The notes below the pieces were generated by a model that had not been told where the DNA came from, did not search any database, and worked only from the letters and a program-made list of their open reading frames with translations. From NCBI GenBank assembly GCA_963693365.1, contig CAVNZM010000136.1:1-5010 (forward strand): a stretch of DNA of 5,010 nucleotides, given 5' to 3'. The stretch is from Amoebidium appalachense. Taxonomy: Eukaryota > Protista > Ichthyosporea. Made by a program: the position numbers and the translations under genes. This document shows positions 1 to 5,010 of this stretch, piece after piece (positions within the stretch are counted from its first letter, which is position 1; every line of letters starts with the position of its first letter).

Positions 1-47
1 TCCCCCCTCCGCCCCCCCCCCCCCACCTCCCCCCCCCCCCCCCCCCC
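1..47. repeat. Poly-C low-complexity tract (runs off window start)
   Basis: Almost pure C with isolated T/G/A interruptions. Confidence 0.9.
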
Positions 48-96
48 ACACACACACACATGCACACGCACACAGACACACACACACACACGCACA

Positions 97-143
<47 letters not shown>

Positions 144-146
144 TGT

Positions 147-187
<41 letters not shown>

Positions 188-200
188 CACACGCACACAA
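47..200. repeat. Imperfect (CA)n microsatellite
   Basis: About 150 bp of CA dinucleotide with few interruptions (e.g. TG at 61, TTGTGA at 143-148). Confidence 0.97.
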
Positions 201-350
201 CAGTCAGGCACCATACTGGTAGCATACACACCTAATTTAGTTCACCTGTTGGTGACCCCGTGACGATTATTAGGGGCTTACGGGCTTGTGAAAACATCAG
301 ATACTTGAACATAATGGGTGTAGCAAAACGTCTTGTTAATCCCTTCTAGG

Positions 351-421
351 CCCCCGCTCCCCCCTCCCCCCTCCCCCTCCCCGTCCCCCCCCCTCCCCCC
401 CTCCCCCCCCCTCCCCCCCCC
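351..421. repeat. C-run polypyrimidine tract, (CnT)-like
   Basis: Runs of 4-9 C separated mostly by single T. Confidence 0.9.
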
Positions 422-537
422 TTTTTTTTGGGGGGGGGGAGGGGGGGGGGGGAGAGAAAAGAAAAAAATGATTACCGTCGTTTTTTTTTTTGGGGGGGGG
501 GGGGGGGGGGAAGAAAAGAAAAAAAATGATAACCGTC
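422..537. repeat. Imperfect tandem duplication of a ~58-bp Tn-Gn-AGAAAAGAn-TGATWACCGTC unit
   Basis: 422-479 and 481-537 share the order T-run, G-run, AGAAAAGAAAAAAA, TGAT(T/A)ACCGTC; they differ mainly in homopolymer lengths. Confidence 0.85.
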
Positions 538-651
538 ACGTCACATTTTTAGGTGCTCAACGTACTCCTGAGAAAAGGAACACACGTGCACACAGTGTTG
601 CACGATCGGCACGGGGAACCCCTTCCGTAAACCCCGCCGCAGGGTTCCCCC

Positions 652-722
652 GGGGGAGGGGGGGAGAGAAAGGGGGGGGAGCTCGAGGTGGGAGGGGGAG
701 GGGGGAGGGGCGGGAGGGGGGA
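652..722. repeat. G-run purine-rich tract (potential G-quadruplex)
   Basis: Many runs of 3 or more G with short A-rich linkers on the + strand. Confidence 0.75.
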
Positions 723-835
723 AGGTGTTTGAGGTCGCAGAATTTAGAATCCAGCTGGCTGGTCAAGATTGATTTGGTACCTACCCTCATACACAGCTGA
801 TATACAGAGAGGCACTAAATTAACTAAGCATTGTC

Positions 836-1210
<375 letters not shown>

Positions 1211-1590
1211 GGTAGAGAGTTATTAAAAAGAGTGCGCCAAGATCAAAGAACAAAATATTTAAGAGGCAGCAGAAAACAAATTAATTAATCGCCCTGTGTT
1301 GTAAAATAATTTGATGATAATACAGTTATTACCATTCAACACAATAGTCAACGTTGAAGATCTATGACTATTACTACTATAACACGCTCTTGAATCATAT
1401 CGGCACGTGCACGTTTACTTCAACGGTGGTTTCCACAAGGTCTTCATAAGCAAATGACACCCGGGTGCCTCTCGAGAGCTCCGGATCCTGCCGTTGAACA
1501 CAGTCGAACTCGAGGCTCTCTGCGAGATTCAATGATTGGATTGGGCGATGGACTTGGTAAGGGTCGAATCGAATCGCGAAGGGCCGCCAG

Positions 1591-1659
1591 GCCCGGAGCC
1601 CGGACCCGGAGCCCGGAGCCCGGAGCCCGGAGCCCGGAGCCCGGAGCCCGGAGCCCGAA
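1591..1659 (+). repeat. (GCCCGGA)x10 heptamer tandem repeat in left palindrome arm
   Basis: Ten units; unit 3 lacks the first G, unit 10 is GCCCGAA. Confidence 0.95.
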
Positions 1660-1896
1660 GCACGGCGCCCGGCCCGCGCGGGGTCTGGGGGGACGGGGTC
1701 CGGGGGGACGGCGTGGGGCAGGGCGCCCCGGGTCTGGGGGACGGGGTCTGGGGGGGACGGGGGGGGGGGAGGGGACGGTCCACCCCCCCCCCCCCCGTCC
1801 CCCCCAGACCCCGTCCCCCCAGACCCGGGGCGCCCTGCCCCACGCCGTCCCCCCGGACCCCGTCCCCCCAGACCCCGCGCGGGCCGGGCGCCGTGC

Positions 1897-1966
1897 TCCG
1901 GGCTCCGGGCTCCGGGCCCCGGGCTCCGGGCTCCGGGCTCCGGGCTCCGGGCTCCGGGCTCCGGGC
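1897..1966 (-). repeat. (TCCGGGC)x10 heptamer tandem repeat in right palindrome arm
   Basis: Ten units, reverse complement of 1591-1659; one unit is CCCGGGC (1918-1924). Confidence 0.95.
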
Positions 1967-2202
1967 CTGGCGGCCCTTCGCGATTCGATTCGACCCTTAC
2001 CAAGTCCATCGCCCAATCCAATATTGGACTAGTCACGTGGCCTGGTAACTTTGAGATCACACCACACCAAACCATCTCCGATCCGATCGCGATCAATCTA
2101 TTTCCCACTTCCCACTTTTTTCACTTAAAAATTGAAAAAGAGAAAAAAAAAGAGACAAAACAAACGATACAGCATTACCCACTTCTAAGTGGGAAATTGG
2201 CC

Positions 2203-2203
2203 A

Positions 2204-2234
<31 letters not shown>

Positions 2235-2517
2235 AAAGCTAAGTCTACACGAGAGAGAGAGAGAGAAGAGAGAGAGAGAAAAAAGCTAAGTCTACACGAG
2301 AGAGAGAGAGAGAAGAGAGAGAGAGAAAAAAGCTAAGTCTACACGAGAGAGAGAGAGAGAAGAGAGAGAGAAAAAAGCTAAGTCTACACGAGAGAGAGAG
2401 AGAGAAAAAAGCTAAGTCTACACGAGAGAGAGAGAGAGAAAAAAGCTAAGTCTACACGAGAGAGAGAGAGAGAGAAAAGAGAGAGAGAAAAAAGCTAAGT
2501 CTACACGAGCTAAGTCT
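2203..2517. repeat. Minisatellite: (GA)n-AAAAAA-GCTAAGTCTACAC, 7 full copies plus a partial
   Basis: Core GCTAAGTCTACAC at 2238, 2285, 2332, 2377, 2411, 2445, 2494, partial GCTAAGTCT at 2509; periods 47, 47, 45, 34, 34, 49 set by the variable GA tract. Confidence 0.95.
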
Positions 2518-2523
2518 TGACCC

Positions 2524-2731
2524 GGGCAGGGGGGGGGCAGGGGGGGGCAGGGGGGGGCAGGGGGGGGGCAGGGGGGGCACGTGAGGCACGTGAGGCAGGG
2601 GGGGCACGTGAGGCACGTGAGGCAGGGGGGGCACGTGAGGCAGGAGGGGCACGCGAGGCACGTGAGGCACGCGAGGCAGGGGGCACGTGAGGCACGTGAG
2701 GCAGGGGGGCCGGGGGCCGGGGGGGGGGGGG
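2524..2731. repeat. G-rich array: (GnCA) units followed by mixed 9-bp GGCACGTGA / GGCAGGGGG units
   Basis: Five G7-9CA units (2529-2579), then CACGTG at 2578, 2587, 2605, 2614, 2632, 2659, 2684, 2693 and CACGCG at 2650, 2668; ends in a G-run at 2731. Confidence 0.92.
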
Positions 2732-2777
2732 TTTATTTAAATAACAGGGATCTGTATATACTTCACGGGGGTTTATT
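2732..2777 (-). promoter_or_regulatory. Two candidate polyadenylation signals (AATAAA) for the minus-strand gene
   Basis: TTTATT on + at 2772-2777 and 2732-2737, about 120 and 160 nt downstream of the TGA at 2894-2896, in an AT-rich putative 3' UTR. Confidence 0.55.
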
Positions 2778-2893
2778 TTAGCATACAATACGGGTATAAC
2801 AATTCCCAACCCACATATTCTGATCAGCATCAATGATCTAAATTCGAGCATATAAATTCCAAAAGGTGAGTGTCGGTTTTTTCTATATACAGG

Positions 2894-3802
2894 TCATTCA
2901 TCCTCGGTATGATCGGATTGTACATTCATATTTGGACGGAAAAGGAGAGAGGGACGAGATGTGTTATGGTACACAACCAGAGATACACCATTGTCGTCAT
3001 CACCACTATTTTCACTTTCACTTTCGCTTTCACTTTCACTCTCATCACCTGACTCGCAATAGGCCAATGTACGCACACGTTCCAAACGCACATGTTCCTC
3101 CAAAGACTCCATCTCCACATACAAAGCAAGAGCATCACCACCACCATCACCACCCAAATCGTCACAACTACTCTTACGTCGTTTGACGGAGTCGCCAGAA
3201 CCGCGTCGGCGAGGCAGACCACAACCAAAATGACACTCTTTCGGCTCGACGTTGTGATATCGCTTCAGACGCTGTTCGTTGTTGTACACGTCGCTTGTGA
3301 GTTTGGATTTCTGTGCCTGTAGCACTTTAATCTGACGAGAAAGGGCCCCAATCTCGTCCTTCTTCTGGGCATTCACGGCGGAGGTAAGGGCATACAAATA
3401 CGAATACTCGGCCAACACACAACTGAAAACCTTCTTGTCTTCATCGGTCACAGGCCACGGGTCTTGGTCGTATAGAGCACTGTCACGATATGTCATGAAC
3501 GCGATGCATTTGCCAACAACGTCATCCCAATCAGCTTTGTAGGAGCGATGTACTTCGACGTCGGGAGAAAAAATAGAATCGGCATCGATTTTTTTCAAAC
3601 ACAACCGGAAGTCACGAACACCAATTGTTGCTATACCAGAGGTGTCGAGGGTGAGATGTGCACAAACGTCGAGCAACTTATCCAACAAAAAATCATATTC
3701 GTCAATCGAATCGACGACAGTTTCGTTAGTCACCGCGAGGACCTGTGCGTGACGCCACAATCTGGCAAGGGAAGGCAGGGAAATCCGCATGTGGCTTTGC
3801 AT
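2894..3802 (-). CDS. Hypothetical protein (302 aa from first ATG; frame open upstream to 4024) with coiled coil, basic NLS-like patch and acidic Ser/Glu tail
   Basis: Only long ORF in complex, non-repetitive sequence (over 1 kb without a stop); protein-like composition; first in-frame ATG at 3802-3800 has A at -3 (the track's 3985 start is a GTG inside the 60-bp repeat); heptad pattern I-L-I-L-K-L-V-N-L-Y; PRRRGSGDSVKRRK; ESGDESESESESESENSGDDD; downstream AATAAA. No family recognised and the start is uncertain. Confidence 0.75.
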   Translation of the reverse strand: MQSHMRISLPSLARLWRHAQVLAVTNETVVDSIDEYDFLLDKLLDVCAHLTLDTSGIATIGVRDFRLCLKKIDADSIFSPDVEVHRSYKADWDDVVGKCIAFMTYRDSALYDQDPWPVTDEDKKVFSCVLAEYSYLYALTSAVNAQKKDEIGALSRQIKVLQAQKSKLTSDVYNNEQRLKRYHNVEPKECHFGCGLPRRRGSGDSVKRRKSSCDDLGGDGGGDALALYVEMESLEEHVRLERVRTLAYCESGDESESESESESENSGDDDNGVSLVVYHNTSRPSLLFRPNMNVQSDHTEDE

Positions 3803-3982
3803 GCTCGGGTCACGCTTGTGGGAGGGTCTTGTTTCCAGTGCATCAAAGAAATCAATAATAACCCGAAAAGTCCCGGAGACACGAGCATAGCGAATAGAAG
3901 CTATTGTGAACCCGTTAACACGAACGATTCCAAACGGGCTTAAAAACACAATCAAACACCGAAATTTTGTGTCGCTACATGT

Positions 3983-4435
3983 CACGGTTCGTAGACGATG
4001 GAAAACAGAAAAAAAAAATCTCTTCTAAAAAAAGGACGCTTAAAACACGGCTCGTTCACGATGGAAAACAGAAAAAAAGTCTCTTCTAAAAAAGGACGCT
4101 TACAACACGGCTCGTTCACGATGGAAAACAGAAAAAAAGTCTCTTCTAAAAAAAGGACGCTTACAACACGGCTCGTTCACGATGGAAAACAGAAAAAAAG
4201 TCTCTTCTAAAAAAGGACGCTTACAACACGGCTCGTTCACGATGGAAAACAGAAAAAAAGTCTCTTCTAAAAAAGGACGCTTACAACACGGCTCGTTCAC
4301 GATGGAAAACAGAAAAAAAAGTCTCTTCTAAAAAAGGACGCTTACAACACGGCTCGTTCACGATGGAAAACAGAAGAAAAGTCTCTTATAAAAAAGGACG
4401 CTTACAACACGGCTCGTTCACGATGGAAAACAGAA
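3983..4435. repeat. 60-bp tandem repeat, about 7.5 copies
   Basis: Consensus CACGGCTCGTTCACGATGGAAAACAGAAAAAAAGTCTCTTCTAAAAAAGGACGCTTACAA; ATGGAAAACAGAA at 3998, 4061, 4121, 4182, 4242, 4302, 4363, 4423 (periods 63, 60, 61, 60, 60, 61, 60); terminal copies are the most diverged. Confidence 0.98.
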
Positions 4436-4495
4436 GGCTTCTGCGACGCGAAGAGTCCTTATAAACATCTGCATTAGCGCAACCACCAAAACGAA

Positions 4496-4646
4496 CCAAT
4501 GCGCATCACGTAGGGTTCAACTCAGCAGAAACATAGCCAATTAAAACAATGCTTTAATTTCGCTTGGCCAATTAAAGGGCTCGCCTTTCACGTTTTTTGG
4601 AGTGATTATTTCGTCTGGCCAATCAAGTGGCCTCGCGTTTCGCTTT
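4496..4646. promoter_or_regulatory. CCAAT-box cluster including a degenerate 51-bp-period duplication
   Basis: Same-orientation CCAAT at 4496, 4537, 4568, 4619; ATTTCG..TGGCCAAT.AA..GG.CTCGC.TTTC occurs at about 4557-4590 and 4608-4641. Regulatory function is inferred from motif only. Confidence 0.4.
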
Positions 4647-4748
4647 GCAAAAAAAAAATAAAGTTCGCCGAGTGAACAACCAACCAAACCACGCAAAAAG
4701 CACGCCACCACACATGCTTCCCATTATGGTGATTACCGCGGCGTTCGG

Positions 4749-4941
4749 GACCAATCAGATCAGCGGTCAAACCACGCGAACCAATCAGATCAACGGTCAA
4801 ACCGGATGGACCAATCAGATCAACGGTCAAAACACACAAACCAATTAGATCAGCGGTCAAACCGGGCGGACGAATCAGATCAGAGGTCATACCGGGCGGA
4901 CCACCTAGATCAGCGGTCAAACCGGGCGGATCAACCAGATC
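4749..4941. repeat. 30-bp tandem repeat, about 6.4 copies, consensus ACCAATCAGATCAGCGGTCAAACCGGGCGG
   Basis: Units in register at 4751, 4781, 4811, 4841, 4871, 4901, 4931; exact 30-bp period, no indels, substitutions concentrated in one 10-bp segment. Confidence 0.96.
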
Positions 4942-5010
4942 CGATTTAGATACGGATCGATAAAAAAAGGCCCAGGCGGTGCTGTGAAGGGTCGTATCGC
5001 GCGACAGACA

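Larger units (their letters stand above)
1535..2022. repeat. 488-bp GC-rich near-perfect palindrome (long inverted repeat, centre at 1777)
   Basis: Left arm starts ATTGGATTGGGCGATGGACTTGGTAAGGGTCGAATCGAATCGCGAAGGGCCGCCAGG (1535); the right arm ends with its exact reverse complement (2022). Arms 1535-1776 (242 nt) and 1778-2022 (245 nt); by manual alignment about 7 differences (3 single-base indels, about 4 substitutions); centre GGAC-G-GTCC. Confidence 0.97.

Noticed and set aside
60-263. His/Thr-repeat ORF
   Set aside because: Translation of the (CA)n microsatellite.
613-650. 9-bp inverted repeat GGGGAACCC...GGGTTCCCC as a terminator or element end
   Set aside because: Short, in G/C-run-rich surroundings, no U-tract and no target-site duplication.
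1444-2108. Five overlapping Pro/Gly/Arg-rich ORFs (ARSPEPG repeats)
   Set aside because: Products of a very GC-rich palindrome with a 7-bp repeat that cycles through all frames; mirrored on both strands, so no evidence of coding.
2203-2517. Possible CRISPR array
   Set aside because: Inter-repeat segments are only (GA)n, not unique spacers; no cas genes; eukaryote-like context.
2452-2851. PHV / ASR / HVR repeat ORFs
   Set aside because: Translations of the 9-bp GGCACGTGA array with no complex domain.
3050-3067. Rb-binding LxCxE motif followed by an acidic CK2 tract (TLAYCESGDESESE)
   Set aside because: Spacing is L-x-x-C-E, not L-x-C-x-E; only a superficial resemblance to E7/large T motifs.
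2866-3943. Plus-strand and alternate-frame ORFs overlapping the main CDS (incl. His-rich 2866..3186 and 3548..3943)
   Set aside because: Short antisense or out-of-frame shadows of the 2894-3802 gene; His runs are the reverse complement of Gly/Asp/Ser-Glu codons.
3803-3985. GTG start at 3985 extending the protein to 363 aa
   Set aside because: The GTG lies inside the first degenerate 60-bp repeat and the context looks eukaryotic; ATG at 3802 is preferred, though an upstream splice into this open frame cannot be excluded.
4100-4405. Baculovirus late-promoter motif GTAAG on the minus strand of the 60-bp units
   Set aside because: A 5-mer multiplied by tandem duplication is not significant, and no baculoviral genes are present.
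3983-4435. Possible CRISPR array (period about 60 bp)
   Set aside because: The whole unit is repeated; there are no unique spacers.

Overview
Eukaryote-like, repeat-saturated window; no rRNA, tRNA, CRISPR array, transposase or recognisable gene family is visible. Left to right: C-runs and a (CA)n microsatellite (1-200), G/C-run low complexity and a long (GA)n polypurine tract (351-1210), a 488-bp GC-rich near-perfect palindrome with essentially no spacer (1535-2022), a (GA)n-spaced minisatellite with an invariant 13-bp core (2203-2517), a G-run/GGCACGTGA E-box array (2524-2731), and one credible uninterrupted minus-strand gene (2894-3802, 302 aa from the first ATG). That gene has a leucine-zipper-like coiled coil, a basic NLS-like patch, an acidic Ser/Glu tail and two downstream AATAAA signals. 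Upstream of it lie a 60-bp tandem array (3983-4435), a CCAAT cluster and an indel-free 30-bp CCAAT-containing array (4749-4941). Almost all other ORFs in the track are by-products of low-complexity repeats. A large dyad, several unrelated motif-bearing tandem arrays and one nuclear-type ORF I cannot assign suggest, by inference only, the cis-acting origin/terminus/enhancer region of a large DNA virus, an endogenous viral element or a large mobile element. Host taxon and element family cannot be determined from the sequence alone, and some homopolymer length variation may be sequencing error.
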